Source of the DNA: Paraspadella gotoi | Taxonomy: Eukaryota; Animalia; Chaetognatha | NCBI GenBank assembly: GCA_051294375.1 | Contig: CM119266.1 | Location: forward strand, 13,704,735-13,768,734 | Direction: 5' to 3' | DNA length: 64,000 bases | Shown: positions 1 through 14,110 of the stretch, in pieces | How positions within the stretch are numbered: the first letter of the stretch is position 1 | Layout of the letters: every line of letters begins with the position of its first letter | Notes under the pieces: model-generated | Databases searched by the model: none | What the model was told of the DNA's origin: nothing | The model's input: only the letters and a program-made list of their open reading frames with translations | Translations under genes and position numbers: made by a program

Positions 1-3000
1 GCCCAAAAAGAAAGTTGAATTTAAACGATTGGGTTGCGTGAGCTGGTCTCTTCTCAGACCTGGCAGCCTGGCAGCCTACAACAGAGTGCTACGAAGATTC
101 CTCGTAATCAATAATCATACAGCTATAAACTGTCATCATTCACTACGAATATCCCGCCCATCATTTAGCAATCCACCCCGACAATAATCGTTTGGTCGGA
201 CAAGATACAGACAAGCAGGCCACCAACGCATCCGCCACCAGTACGAAAAAATGAATCCCCGGTCTTCCACGTTCGGACTCGAGCGAGAATATGAGATTAA
301 AGGGGAAAAAACGGGATGAAGAAAATGAGAGAAAAACAAGAAAAGAAGTCGAAATAAAAAAAAGTATAAGAGCAAGAAAAAAAATGTGATAGCATTAAAA
401 ATAAATATATTCTTTAAAAAAGAAATCCGACGAGAGGGGGAAAAAAAGAGAGAAAAGAAAGGGATTTTCTTTCGTTTTTATGTCTGTCACTTGTCAGTAA
501 TCTGCTTCTCGGATTAGAAGGAATTTATAAATCGGAAGTAAAGAAATGAGAAAGAACGGAAAGGATTGACGGACGAGTTTGACGGCCTCGGCGACGACAA
601 CCAAGCGAGCAAAGACCCAGAACGCGAAACCGGTTTATGTCCCCCGCCTCACAGTTGCTTTTTCAACGTCAAAACAACGAACAATCGCGTCATTTCATAT
701 GTTACCAGCTTTGGTCGCTCTTTGTTCGGTCTTGCACAGTTTTTTATTTCACTTATTGTCTCCTTTTGTTACAAAGTCTTATTTGGGCATGTTCTGAAAG
801 AGAACTTTTGATCCCTCCAATCCACAAACTATTAATTATTTGAATTATTTTTTTTTTTAAATTCCAATTAAATGTCCATTTGTCATAATTAAAACTGACG
901 CTTAGTGTTCCCCCATGGCGTCTTCGCCAACGCGTTTGCCCGCGGGCGTATAATTCTTGCGTCTTCCCCTGTGCGTTTCCCCGTGGCGCCTGGTCCCGCG
1001 TCGGGTTTTTCCTTTTGACGCGAAATGGAGGCCAAAAAGTTACACGTGAAAAGAAGTGGAGAGACGTCGGGAAAAGTAGGAGTGACCGGTAAAAAATGGG
1101 CGTGGTCGGTAAGTTTTAGGTGTGGAGAGGGCTGTGGTTCTTGTGTGGGGGGAAGAGGAAGAAATCTAATTTCCTCGGAAATCTAATTTTCCGAATTTTC
1201 TCGATTTTCTCTGTTGGGGAAAATGGAGCGGAGAAGAGGAGGAGGGGGGAGTGTGGGGGGAGAGTTGGGGGAGGCGGCGTTTGGCGGGAAAGGCGCCGAT
1301 CTCGAAATTCGACGGTTTGGAAAAAAGAGGAGCGGAGCATTGGAAATTAAAAAAGTGAGAGATTAGAAACGAAATTGTAAGAAAATTAAAAACGTCAGTT
1401 GGGACAACATACGTACGGTATACAAAGTTAAATCTGTAAAATCATGTTATATTTAATGACGGTTGAAAATCTTGGTTTAACTTTCGTTTTCGTTGTTTTT
1501 CGAAAAAATCAAAGTTGAGAAAATCTTACGAGACGCTCGGCCGCCTCCTCTGAAAACGGAGCACACCCCTTGTTGTTGAGTTTGGAAAATTTAAAAAGGT
1601 GTGTGCTTACAACGGAGTCTTTTGTGAGAAGCCTCCATGTGAGGCCTCCTTTTCTCCTCTTTCCTCCGTTAACATCGCCGCGTCTCGATGCGTGAATCAA
1701 AACGGGTGAAAAGACGCGAGACAATTACGATCGGTGAGACAACGACCGACGACGGCGACGACGACGAAAAGACGACAAACGGAAACGACGACGATGTAGT
1801 ATCCGAGTAATTAACTCGAAGGCGAAGCAACGATCTTTCGGTTCGCTCTCCCACCCAACCCCCCCCGCCCCCTCAGCCGGTTCTCAGTCACCAATCCTCT
1901 TACCGACGCCTCCGAGGTCTCTATGTCTCTAAGACTGACTTTCACGAGTCCAGTCCGTTCACCGATGGGGGAAAAAAGCTTTTTTAAATTCGCGGGTTTT
2001 TTGCTGCAGTGTAATTCACATTCTATACTTGTAACGTAGACGGGAGCATTTAAGAATTCGAATATTCAATAATAGTATCGGAAATGCGAGACGTTGAAAT
2101 CCTTAAAATCACTCAGATGCTCAATCTTCAGAGCTAAAATCAGACGTAAAAATCAGTACAAAATACGCCGAGCGTTATGAGCCTCTATTCACGCGACTGT
2201 GAAAAGTGCGGAACGCCTTCCCGCTTCTTGTTTGTATTTTTCTTTCATTCTCGTCAGTCGGAGTCCGATGTCCTTTTGTCTTTTTGTTCTCAACCTCTTT
2301 TCTCTTTTCGCCATACACTACGCCCTGGATTCTAAAAGGGTCCATTGTCATCTCCGTCGTCGTCGTCGTTTACGTCGTCGTTTTCATCGTCGTTCTTCTT
2401 CATCTTCGTTTTCATTGATTTAGGTATATCGTCATAGACGTTTGTTGTTAGTCAATTTTACCATCATTTAAATTGTATTATTATTTTTATCTATCATTAA
2501 TCCTTTCATTTTCATTTATGTATATTTTATAGTCGTTTTAATATGGTTTTTTGGCTTTTTTTAAAATTTCCATACCATGTTTGTCATCATAGCTATTATC
2601 TCCAAAGTGATCCTTATTGGTACTGGTGTATTCATCGTTAATTTTCACCATAGTCGCCTTTCATGTCATCGTCGTTTTCGTCGTCGCCTTCATGCGTCAT
2701 TAGTTCATCGTCACTTCAGGTAGGAATCGAGTGTTGGTTTTCGCGCCTCATCGAGTCTCTCAGAGGGGAAACCCGTCCTGAAAGCGGCGGACGTGCGATG
2801 TATGCGGGACGGAACCCGGATCCTGGTCGTTGTTGTTGTTATTGTTTTCATTTTGTTTTTATGTTGTTGCTTTAATCCTCCGGATAATCACCACGGAATC
2901 TATTTATATTTTTAGACGCGAATATACGAAGGAACGACATCTGGCATTTTCGCTCCCGCGCCAAATTGCTCTCGTTTTCTTCGTCACGTGGGCATCAAAT

Positions 3001-3305
3001 TAAGGCATCGGCGGCTTTTCGGCACAGGCGGCATCCCTCTTTTTAATATTTTCATCTCTTACTCGATTCCCGCCATTTTCGTCTCGCTTATATACGCCGT
3101 TATCCGCCGCCCCCCTCCCGTTTCATTGACTGCTCGCACCAGCGGGCCACCGCTTCTCGCCAAAGCAACTCGCCCACGTCTTCGATTGTTGCTGACAACG
3201 ACCTCCTCGGAATATTTGTTTTTTTAATTTGTTATTTTGTTAACTTAAAATCCGGTTATTTCTTCGAATCCTTATTTCTTTTGTTTCTATTTCGTTTATC
3301 CTCTA

Positions 3306-3381
3306 TCTCATCTCATCTATTCATCTCATCTTCATCTCATCTCATTCATCTCATCTCATCTCATCTCATCTCATTCTCATC
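3306..3381. repeat. (CTCAT)n pentanucleotide repeat; other simple repeats are (TGAA)n ~7788-7840, (CGTC)n 45726-45753, (TTTTC)n ~51590-51707 and (ATTCAT)n 52028-52068
   Basis: Directly visible. Confidence 0.9.
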
Positions 3382-5104
3382 CCAAACCCTTATAGAGATC
3401 GTATTCCACGCTCAGATGATTCGCTTTTCCGACCGCTCCCACGTTACCTTTTGTTTCTATCTGGGCCAATTCAACGTTCGTTGTTCCTCAACCAATCATT
3501 GCCCAAGATGTTACTTCGCTTCATAACTCCTCCACAATTTCCTAATGAAACAAACTCGTCAGAGAAAGAGACAAGACGAGACAGGAGCGGCTTGTTGTCG
3601 TCTTACATTTTAACTGATAATCGTAATTATTGTTATCCCTAAATATGATAAAATACATAGTCTTTATTATTTGAAAGAAACAAACTAAGAAAGGATTCGA
3701 AATTTATTACTGTTTTATTACGAGAACAAGCAATAAAAAGCCGTTTTCCTGGTTTGAATCAACAGAATGTACAACCATATTTAAAAATTATCCATTCATT
3801 TAATAACGTTTAAGTTTGAGCCTTCTCCGAAAAGAAAGATAAAAATAAACAAAAGGTACATTTCATGAAAACAAACAGTCTTTTCCAGACAGCTCAACGA
3901 CCCCGTTTTCTTCCTCAATTTGCCGCGGCCGCGTTGATGTCGTCCGTTTGTGCTCCTGAAACAATCTTTCTAAAAAAAAAGATAATAACAAAACAAAACA
4001 AAACAGGCAGAAAAGAAAAAAAGTAAAGAAACGAGAAATTAAATTCGCTTATAATTTCTCTTTTCTCGAGATCTAAGATGTCGTTGTTTTGTTTTTACGT
4101 GTCTCGTTTTCTTCAGTAGAAAAAAAACTTTTTTCTGTTTTTTGTTTTGTTTTGTTTTTTTTTCTTTTTGTTATATTTTTGTTATTTTTCCGTAAAATTC
4201 TTCTTGGTCTCTTTTATTAAGTACTTTTTACTTTTTCTTCTTTTTCTCTGATTTTTCTTTATTAGCCGTAGGCGGAAAAAAATTCTAATCTCTGGCAATA
4301 TTTTTTCATTAGAAAATGTCATTGGTATATTTTGATTTAATTTATTTCAATGAGGAAATTGCTTCGGCTCCGTATTTAAAAAATCGATCAATTATTTTCT
4401 CGTTGTTTCTTCATAGTGTCGCAATATTTTTTTTAAATGATTGAACAACAATGAAAGAAATACGAGCATAGTACATGAGGGTAAGTTTAAAAAAGTCGCA
4501 TGGACTAAATTGTTAAAAACTGTATCTTTTTTCTTAAATAAATACATCCGGTCACTAACTGAAAAATATGAATTCCCCTGGTAAAGACCATACTTACAAA
4601 CATCTATCATTACTCGGTTTTAAAGGGATTAAATACCAGATCAATAGAGTTGTTGTTTACAGAGACTAGAAAGTGAAGAGAGAGAGAGAGAGAAGAGCAG
4701 AGAGGAGAGAAGAGAGAAGAGTGAGAGAGAGAGAGAGAGAAGAGAGTAGAGAGAGAGAGAGAGAGAGAAGAGTAGAGAAGGTTAGAGACATTCTCTGGGG
4801 AAAATTTGCCCACTTGTAGTTTCCCCTTGGAAGTTGATTTGCGAGCGGACGGCAAAAGAGAAGAGGGAGTAGAGAGGAATGAAAGAGACAAAGAGACATG
4901 GGTGGACCAAACAGAAAGTAGAAGAAACTCGAAATAGGAGAGTGCAGGAGAGACGGAAACATTTGCCCCTCCTTAACTACTGTAAAACCGAAGGTGAGAA
5001 GAAGAATGAATGTTGAAGAGAGAGGGAATGCCGAATTCACAAGGATATAGACAGAATTTTATACAAAGCCTCTTCCCCGAGAGAGGAGAGAGAGGAGAGA
5101 GAAT

Positions 5105-5135
<31 letters not shown>

Positions 5136-8100
5136 AGGAAGAGGAGAGAGAGAGAGAAGAGAGAAGAGCAGAGAGAGAGAGAGAAGAGAGAATGAGTTGG
5201 AGACGGCGATTAAATACATAAAAATTTTTGCTGAAACGAATTTGATGCCGTATAAAAGGGTGGGGTAGGTTGTGGCTAAGGTTGAATTAAATTGTTGGCT
5301 GTTTAAATTGCAAGAGAATAATGTAGTGATTTTTTTTAAAAAAGCTTTTAAAACAATTATACGGATTTCCGAACGTTTGACATTCAAGAACTGCTTCATC
5401 ACGTCGGGGTAGAAATATTATTAGATTGAAGCCTTGAAAATGTAATCGAGCATGCAAATGTCTCATTGAAATATCCTTATTCCAGTCTCCTCTCACTCTT
5501 ATTCTCTTAAACTCTAATATAAAAATGTGTTTTTCTTTTTTTTTTTTTTCTTTTTTTTCCTTTTTTATTATTCCTCCGCCCCATTTTCCCCTTCCTCCTA
5601 TTCTTTCTCCTCTCTAACATCTAGTAATCTCTCAATCCATATTCTCCGCTCTCTTCAAACAAGGCGGTGAAATTGATTTATCATAATTTATTTTCATTAT
5701 TTTGCAATCGTAAAAAAAAACAAATGAATCAACGACTCTTCGTATGCCTAATTGGCATCGATTTGAAAATATTCTCTCGCGTTGTTTTTTGTTTTTGTTT
5801 TTTTTCTTTAATCTTTTTTTTTCCTTCCTACGAGCGAAATTTGTTTTAAAAAATTCTCTAAAGGTTCTGAAAAGGTTCCATAAAAATAAAGCAATATTGC
5901 TTTAAGTTAAGATTAAATTACTTCTGCGTTCACATCTTTGTTGTTTATTTTCAAAACTTGACAATTGAGGCGCATTGGTTTTTATAATTAAAAAACAAAA
6001 TATGGATTTTTTTTTCAGGAATTAAAGTTAATGGAGAGAGAGAATCTTTTTGTAAAAGCTTCTTTAACATTTCATTTTTTTCCAAGAGGTTTTTTTAAAA
6101 GTTGTAATCTAATGTGAAAGACACATATAAAAGTTTCTCTTCTATAATACCGCATAAAATTAACATCCTCAGACTTCATTTTTATTTCCGCTCCACCCAT
6201 TGGTATATATCTATCATTATCCATATCCTGGAAACGACTTCCTACCTTCTCTCTTGTTTTTCTTTTCCTTTTCCTCGCGTCTTGGAAATGGGTTTTCTTC
6301 TCCTACGCAGTACTGATTAGAATAATGGAACGAATTTTGAAAATTTCTCTCTCCGCTCCATTTTTATTCAATTCTATGAAATTCGCGTATTCATGAACAT
6401 AACGGGAATGTGTTCGATTTGCTCATTTCAATATTGTCAAGGTTCTATACTCGTTCATTGTCGGTCCTAATCGTGAAGCCCTTGACAGAAACAATAAGAA
6501 AAACTAGAACGATTGTCTGCTCCTGCAACAACCCTCAAAAAAAAAGTAAAGGAAAAAAGGAACAACAACTTGGGTTTGCCCGGAAAGGGAAAGAAATGGG
6601 GGAAAAAACAAGAGAGATCCAGACAGAAAAAGAAAAAGTTCGAAGACGAGAAATGGGGAAAAAGGAGTTGGAAGAGGGGGGGAAATTCAAAAAATAGGGG
6701 TGGGGGAATAAGAGAATTCATCTCCTTCGCCCAGGGGGACAAACAAGGAAAGGTCGGGATCACAATCTTGGGAAAAATGGTCATCAACAGGGAAATTAAA
6801 GAGCGGGAAGAGATGATGGAAGAAAAAAAGGATGAGGAGGAGAAAGCCCGATGTTCGTTTCCATTCGTCGCGGAGATTATTGTTTTGGGATTTTTGTGTT
6901 TTGGCTTCAGGGTTTTCTCCTGTGTTTCCTTTTTTTTTTTTTTTTTTTTTTTAGTTTTGATCGAATTGATGTTCAAGTGATAACAATCTATCTGTTTAAT
7001 ATGAATCGATTAAGTAATATTTACTTTTTCAAAATATAATTTAAACACCTATATCCATAGAAGAAAAAAATTCGCTATAAATAGTAATTTAATAGTATTA
7101 TAGTAATTAATACAATAATAATGGTAAAGGCCCGAGCTGACGGGAGGAGGCGAAAAAAAACAACAAATAGGAAAAAGAAAAATAATTCTCTTGTCCCAAG
7201 ATTTCGTTCGGAAAAGGAAAATAAAATAATTAAGAAAAAGAAATTAGACGAAAATAAGGAACAAGAACATAGTTACACATAAAAAAAGGAGAGAAAACCC
7301 CGGGAAGTAATTAGAGACCGGAATCTTGTTGTTCCAGCCGGGGAAAAAAACGAAAAAAGAAAAAAAGGAGCAAAAAAAGTTTCGAAGAAAAGAAGAAAAA
7401 AGAGAAAAGATGAAAAAAATCTGGTGTCACCTTGACTAAGGACGGAACGATCGGCTGACGAAGACGAGAACCATGGCAAAACGATACGATGCCCACGACG
7501 AAAATCGACCGACCGACAAGGACGAACAACAACGACGTAACGTTAATTAAACCGTCAATCGGGATAGCGACTTTAAAACAATTCATCTTCGCTTTTCCGT
7601 GATTAAAAATTGAAAGAAAAAAGAATCGCTCTGAAAGAGATGACAAAGAAAAAAATAACGTTAATAATAATTCCATAAATTTATTTGATAAACCTTATTT
7701 AAATATTAAATGTTCATATAATATTTAAAGGTTATGTAATGGATATTTTAATTTTTAAATTTGGTTTGTACCAATTCATTTCAAAAAAATGAATGAATGA
7801 AATGAATAATGAATGAATGAATGAATGAATTAAATGAATGATATGATGATGTAATGAAGCAACGTGATATTCGAAGATACCGATGACCGATCCCGAACCA
7901 TTAATTATCACAAAACTCACTTCTGACCGAACCAGACTATTCGGATCCATTAAAACGGGTTGGCAACACGAGGTCTTTCAAAAACCGCCAAGTCGCCCTC
8001 CGAAAGCCAGCGGAAAGGAAAGAGAGACCCGCAAAGGAAAAAAAAGAATTGTGAGTGCGACAGAAAACTGCGTAAATAAACCAATAACGGACGCCGAATC

Positions 8101-9029
8101 CACGTGCGTCAAAAGAACTTACGACCCAAACTTTACGCGTGCAGAAAAAATGCGATCCATTGGTTTATTTTGGAATGGATTTCTATAACTTTACCTCGTT
8201 TCAAAATTAGGCGATCGCTATGTAACGATTTATTTATAAATGTTTAAAATCCTCCCGAAGTGATCATTTAGAAACGTTTTCTGAGTCTTTTTTATTTTCG
8301 TTCCTTTCGAAAAAAGGGGGAACGTTTTTTTTTTTCCTCTTAATGTGGGCAGTGAAGTGAGTTCACACCTTTGCTTTAACCGTTGATTCGACCTTCCAAC
8401 CAGAATTCCATACAAAATAAATACTTAACTTGGAAATTGCTTCCCTCTTGAAAAAAAAATAAAAAAAAAAAATCTCGCCAAAGCACTTTGCCTTTAAATA
8501 ACAACGACTCTCAGTTAAACGGGACCGGAAGGTCTCAACAACAACACACTTCTGCCGACGCTGCACGACTCTGCCTACTCTGTCGACGCGCCGCCAGAAC
8601 CACCCGACTCGGCCGCGGAAAAAACACGTAACTCACGGCCGTAAAACAAACAAATCAATTGCGAAAAACCGGAGAAGAACTGGGACTCCGCTTTTGGAAG
8701 ATTCGCACGTTATTTCTGTTGTGATTGACGTCACGGAGGGTTAAAAGGGCGGGTAGGAAAAGGGAGGAAAGGTAGGGTGACAGGAAAATTAAAGGGAGGG
8801 TTGGCGGTGGGGAGGGGTGCAGGGGGAAAGAGTGGAAAAGACAGCCGACGCATACGAACTAACAAGTAGATAAAGGGATACTTGATTGGCAAATTGAGGA
8901 AGAAAGAAAGGAAAGAAACAATAACTCAGGAGTGAAATAAATTTCGACGGCGGTCCTAGAGAAACATCGTTAATGGACACTCAAACCGGACTGGACAAGA
9001 ACGAGTTAAAAAAAAGAGAGAGAGAAAGG

Positions 9030-9088
<59 letters not shown>

Positions 9089-11066
9089 GAGGATAGAGAG
9101 GAGGATTGTTTCAAAGCGAATTCGATGCGACATAAATCACAGCAGAAGATAAAAAACATAAAAAAAAACAAGAAAAAAACACGCGGAAGTCGCGAATAAA
9201 AACGACGATCGAACGCGCGAATAACGCGAACGCGAACGCGAAGCCGGCGAGGGAAAAAAGAGAAACACACGCGCCGGGGTCCCTTTTTGTTTGGAAGTCG
9301 TGAATTAACGGTGATTAGAGAGAAGAGAGAGAGAGAAAAGAGAAGTACGCAGAGAGAGAAGAGAGAGAGAGAGAGAGGAGAGAGAGAAGGAAGAGAGGAG
9401 AGAAAAGAGGAAGGGAAAGTAGATTTGACGAGGAGATGGAAAGAGAGGTAGTGAGCCAACCTTGTGATTCCCTTTGGATCCCATTTTGATGGAGAAAAAA
9501 GTGGGCCGTGTGAAATAAAGAAAAGAACCAGGTAAAGGAGAATGAAGAAAGAAAGAAGAAAGAAGAAAAAGAAAAGGAAAAGAAGAAGAAACGAAAGAGT
9601 AAGAAAGAAAGAAAGAAAGAAAGAGAAAGAAAGAAAAAGTAAGAGAGAGAGACCATGGCCCGCGGCAACGAGGTCAAACAAAAGTATAAACGGTCGTAAG
9701 AGTGACAAAGGTTTCCGCCTCCCCAAACATCGATAAATTTTATGCGCGCTCTTTCTTGCGTTCCGAAAACTTCCAGCGGAAAACTCTGTCTTCTTATTTG
9801 TAAAAAATTAAAGAAAAAAATGGACTATTAATTTTTTTCTTTTTCATCGTGATTCAACATATTTAACGCTTGAAAATAATAAATAATAAAATAAATAAAT
9901 GTTTATTTCGAAGGAATGATATCCTTTCTCTTAAAATTTTGACAATAAACCATCTACTATGGTCTCTCTCAACGAATATGAGTAAACAAAGTGACAATCG
10001 ATAATGAAAATTTTTTTCTGACAAAAGAGATAAGGCGTGTTAAAAAAAACGTCATCCTTTTCCTCGATATAAATTAATACAGTAAAAAAACTAAACACAA
10101 CTAAAACCGGTCAAGATGTATCAACTTTGATTAATCGGAATTTTTTATTTATTTAATTTATTATTTAAAAATATGTAATTCTCTTTTAATCAAAAAAATT
10201 CTTTTAGGGATTCGGGACATTTCACAGTCACCACTGTCGTGTTATTTTTTCTTTTCTAAAAATGGAATCGTTTACGTTCTGTATCATCTTTTTACCTCTT
10301 TCGTTCTCACCTGTTATTAGTTGTGTCCTCTTCCTTGCGTGTCTCCCTCCATCCGTCGTCGTCCGTCGTCGTCGTCTTGGGTCATCGCGCAAGGGGCGGG
10401 CAGAAGTTCGTCCTTCTGTTTTTTTTTCCGCTTCGGGTCTCGATTTTCCAGCCATCTTCCACATTTTAGGGCAGCGAAGACAAACAATTGGGATGTTCTT
10501 CTCTGCCAGCTTTTTTTGGGTCCAGCTTTATAATAAATTCGATAATAAAAAAAAAATCTTGTTGGGAAAAGGACCTTTTCAAAGTGGAACGATTGATCCG
10601 AAAGGGAATTTCTTTTGGTCTTTTTTTTTCTTTATCTCCTCTCCACTCTTTCTCTTTCTCTCTCTCTCTCATCTCCTCTCTTGTCCTCTCTCCTCTGATG
10701 CCTCAAATCTCCCTACTCTCCTCTCTTCCTCTCTTCATCTACCTCTCCACTTTCTCCGATCCCCATCCTCCTCCTCGACCTACCCCGCCCCTCCTCTCCC
10801 CCTCCTCGTCTCTCCTCACCACTTCCCCTCCTCCTCTCCTCTCCCAACTCTTCGCTCCCTTCGTCACACTCTACTCTCTCTCTCTCTATCCTCTCTCCGC
10901 CTCCGTAGTCTTCTCTCTCTCTCTCCTCCTCCTCCTCCTCGTCTCTCCTCTCCTCCCTTTCTCCTTCTCCTCCCCCTCTCTCTCTTTCCCTTTTCTCTCT
11001 CTCTCCCTCTCTCCCCCCTCTCCATCTTCCTTCCATCCTATCCATCTCTCCCGCCTCTTCATCTCT

Positions 11067-11091
11067 NNNNNNNNNNNNNNNNNNNNNNNNN
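11067..11091. other. Assembly gap of exactly 25 N (also 11831-11855, 22240-22264, 22874-22898, 32582-32606, 57682-57706); longer gaps at 22469-22696, 53654-53852, 55259-55489, 55843-55938, 63338-63444
   Basis: N runs counted in the sequence. Confidence 0.98.
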
Positions 11092-11669
11092 AAATACATA
11101 TAACAACGAAAAAGAAAGGTTACTACCACAACTTTCTTTTTTGAATTACCCATTTAAAAAAAAAAATTCAAAATTACATTTTTTTTTCTTTTCGGCTACG
11201 AAATTTTGATGAAGTGAGAGAAAATTTTAATTTTTTTTCTCTCTCCCTTTATTTCATTCTCGCGAAGAGAATCTTTCCAAGTCTTTCCGATTTCCGATGG
11301 AAAAACTCCGATTTCTCTCCTCATTCACTCCAAACCGAAAAAAAAGAAAGAAAAAAGAAAGAAAAAAGAAAGATAGAGAAAGCGAAAAAAAAGCACAACT
11401 GGAAAATTTCAGGTTTTTCTTCCTTTTTAATTTTTTCTTTCTCTCGATTGGATGAAGTTTTTTTCGATTCGAGTTTTCGGCAGAAGATGCAAGTAGAGAC
11501 AATTTTGAGAGGATAAAGAGAGAGGATAAGGAGAGATGAAAAATGGAAAAGAGAAGTTTGATGACGAAATTAAGACAAAACGAATTGGTACTGAAAATAG
11601 AGTAAAAAATATCACAAAAATATCAAATAACAAGAAAAAACATCTATCACAGAATCGTTTATATTTTTA

Positions 11670-12550
11670 AACGTATATTCTCAAAATAACCTTTGAAAAT
11701 TTTTTTTGCTCTGAGCACAGAATTTCCCATTATGAAAATTTGTCAGAGGATAATTGTACTCCCTGTGCTTGTGATGACGTTTAAAGAACTTGGTTTCTTC
11801 ATATTTGGTGACTTGCCAGAGTAAATTTGGNNNNNNNNNNNNNNNNNNNNNNNNNTCTTTGTTGGCCATTTCCTTCTCTCTCTATTTCTACTCTCTCTCT
11901 CTCTCTCTCTCTCTTCTCTTCCAAATTAATTGGAACTAAACATGAAAAGCTGTGAATTCAAAGCACTGATGAAGGACTTTGATGGAAAAGCCGAAACTGT
12001 CTGTACATTAAAATAAAATCGTTGCTGTAACAAGACTTTGTCTATCATTTTCAATTATATTATTTAATATAATTTATTAAAAATAAAGGTTTAATAAAAA
12101 AATATAAAGTCCTGACAGCAAAATATATTTAAAAACTCAATATCAAAGTATTGATTAAATCATTATTTTATTAAAAAATCCTTTATATTAATTTCACAAC
12201 TATAGAATTACGATCAAGAAAAACCGCAAAAGTACTCAGATCACCTTGGATACTCTGGAGAGTTCCTTTCCGGTCAAGTATTTTCAGGTTTATCAGTCCA
12301 ATGTCTTTCTACAGACAAAAAGAAGCCTAATTAAAATGAGTTGTGACCCTTGCATCTCGTGTAATTAAAAATTTTGGAGTAAACTCTAACGTATATACTC
12401 AAATAACCTTTGAAAATTTTGGTTTTTGCTCTGAGCACAGAATTTCCCATTATGAAAATTTGTCAGAGGATAATTGTACTCCCTGTGCTTGTTGATGACG
12501 TTTAAAGAACTTGTTTCTTCATATTTGGTGACTTGCCAGAGAAATTTGGT
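11670..12550 (+). repeat. ~160-bp direct duplication (11670-11830 vs 12388-12550) next to a 25-N gap
   Basis: ctgagcacagaatttcccattatgaaaatttgtcagaggataattgtactccctgtgcttg is present in both copies. The first copy ends at the gap 11831-11855. Confidence 0.85.
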
Positions 12551-12569
12551 TCTATATCTGTGGATAAGC

Positions 12570-12782
12570 ACGAGTGGGCTGTAGATGACTATCCGTAACT
12601 TCTATAGCCCCTCTATCAGCCATGGAAACGGGTCCTCGGCTTGGAACCAGCTTGAGGGTTTTCCACGCCCCAAGGCGGCTTACGGCCATCCTCACGCTTC
12701 CCGCAGGGTAAGTACAGGGTTGGGATGAATCCGATACCTCGTGGTCATGAGCTGATGGCTTTACTCAATGAGCCACAGGGTC
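12570..12782 (-). mobile_element. tRNA-derived SINE-like element (degenerate)
   Basis: The minus strand begins GACCCTGTGGCTCATTGAGTAAAGCCATCAGCTCATGACCACGAGGTATCGGATTCATCCC. It has an A-box-like TGGCTCATTGAG and a decayed B-box-like GGATTCATCCC at tRNA spacing, and the 5' half resembles animal tRNA-Arg genes. A ~150-bp GC-rich body follows within AT-rich flanks. No cloverleaf forms and no target-site duplication was seen. Confidence 0.4.
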
Positions 12783-13196
12783 ACACTGAAAGTGTCATGC
12801 TTATAAGCGGGTGAACCTAGGTAATGCCCGACTACATATCCATCCTTAATAAGTACTATCAAAATTTTTCTTTGATTAAGGCTTAAATGAAATAAATCCC
12901 GTCAATTATCAATCTATTTAAAATAAAAAAAAAATTTTGAACACAACCACTCTTCGACCTAAGTACTTTCGAGCCTAAGTAACTTCATTAATCAAAAGAA
13001 GAAAGAAATCGCGAAAAAAGATTAGAAAAACAAAGAGAAAATAAAAAAAAAATAAAAAAAATAGGAAAAAGATAAAAAGGAGAAAAAGTAAAAAATCCGC
13101 GACGGAACCATCATTACCAGACAAAGGAGGAAACGACGGATCGGGATTCGAAGAGAAGAGCCGCGCGAGATTCAATTCCACTTGTGTTCATGACCA

Positions 13197-13199
<3 letters not shown>

Positions 13200-13276
<77 letters not shown>
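13200..13276. repeat. (GA)n microsatellite (representative; others at 9039-9080, 14053-14107, 19108-19190, 33473-33519, 38545-38641, 45871-45973, 48039-48103, 54052-54131, 57357-57408)
   Basis: Perfect or near-perfect dinucleotide runs. They are the source of the many SLSLSL/RERERE pseudo-ORFs. Confidence 0.95.
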
Positions 13277-13280
<4 letters not shown>

Positions 13281-14047
13281 CAGATTAATAGACGATTAAA
13301 AACAGAGAGATGGACTCACAGAAAGACCTACCGACAGATAGACAAAAAGTCAGACAGACAGACGACAGACGGACCACAGACACACAGAAAAAGCAGATAG
13401 TCTAAAAAGAGAGGAGAAAAGAAATACGACAGATCACTAGACAGAAACACGGACCGACCAGACAGAGAGACAACTGGAGAGCGTGAATCTGGAGATAATT
13501 TTCTTGGTGAAAAGAAGAATGGATCGCGAGAGAGTTGTAAAGTCTGTGAAAAGAGAGAGTAGCGGAGGAAAGAGACTTCCAAAGAAAATCTCTATTGAAA
13601 CAAATGAACATTTTCATTCTTCCAAAACTTGAGAAGAGATTCGAGTCGAGGCGAGATATTTCAAGGTCCGCCATATTTGAAGTCCTTCACTTAGTCTCTC
13701 TTGTTCGTTTTATTATGTTCAATTCCATTCTGTCCTTTTTCTCATCGATTCTTTCTTATTCTGGGTTCAACGCTTTTTGTTTCTGTGATTTTCAATTCCC
13801 ATTTATTTTTTTTTTCTATTTCTTTCATTTTAATCATTTCCATTTCTAACCTTTAAAATCGACTTTATAATATCAATTTTTTGATATTTTATCAATCTAT
13901 TCTATTCCATTCTATTCTATTTCATTCCATTCTATGATTTTTCTTTTTTGTCTCTCGATGGAATCGAAGAGGAGACGAAAATAGTAACGATTAAGGGGAA
14001 AATCGAAAATGAAATAGAGATCGAGATCTGATCTAAGATTAGCTTTC

Positions 14048-14110
<63 letters not shown>

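Noticed and set aside
7433-7588. Minus-strand hydrophobic peptide (MNCFKVAIP...SIFVVGIVSFCHGS...VK) ending at a possible AAG|GTGACA donor, like a signal-peptide first exon
   Set aside because: No compatible downstream exon was found, and hydrophobicity is expected from (GTC/GTT)-rich sequence.
8726-8733. Perfect CRE palindrome TGACGTCA (also 38955-38962 and near 28447 and 28553)
   Set aside because: An 8-mer is expected by chance in CpG-rich DNA of this length, and there is no linked TSS evidence.
8956-11209. Long ORFs of 256, 315 and 218 aa
   Set aside because: They are translations of stop-poor TC/GA low-complexity tracts (S/L/F/P-dominated) and partly run through N gaps.
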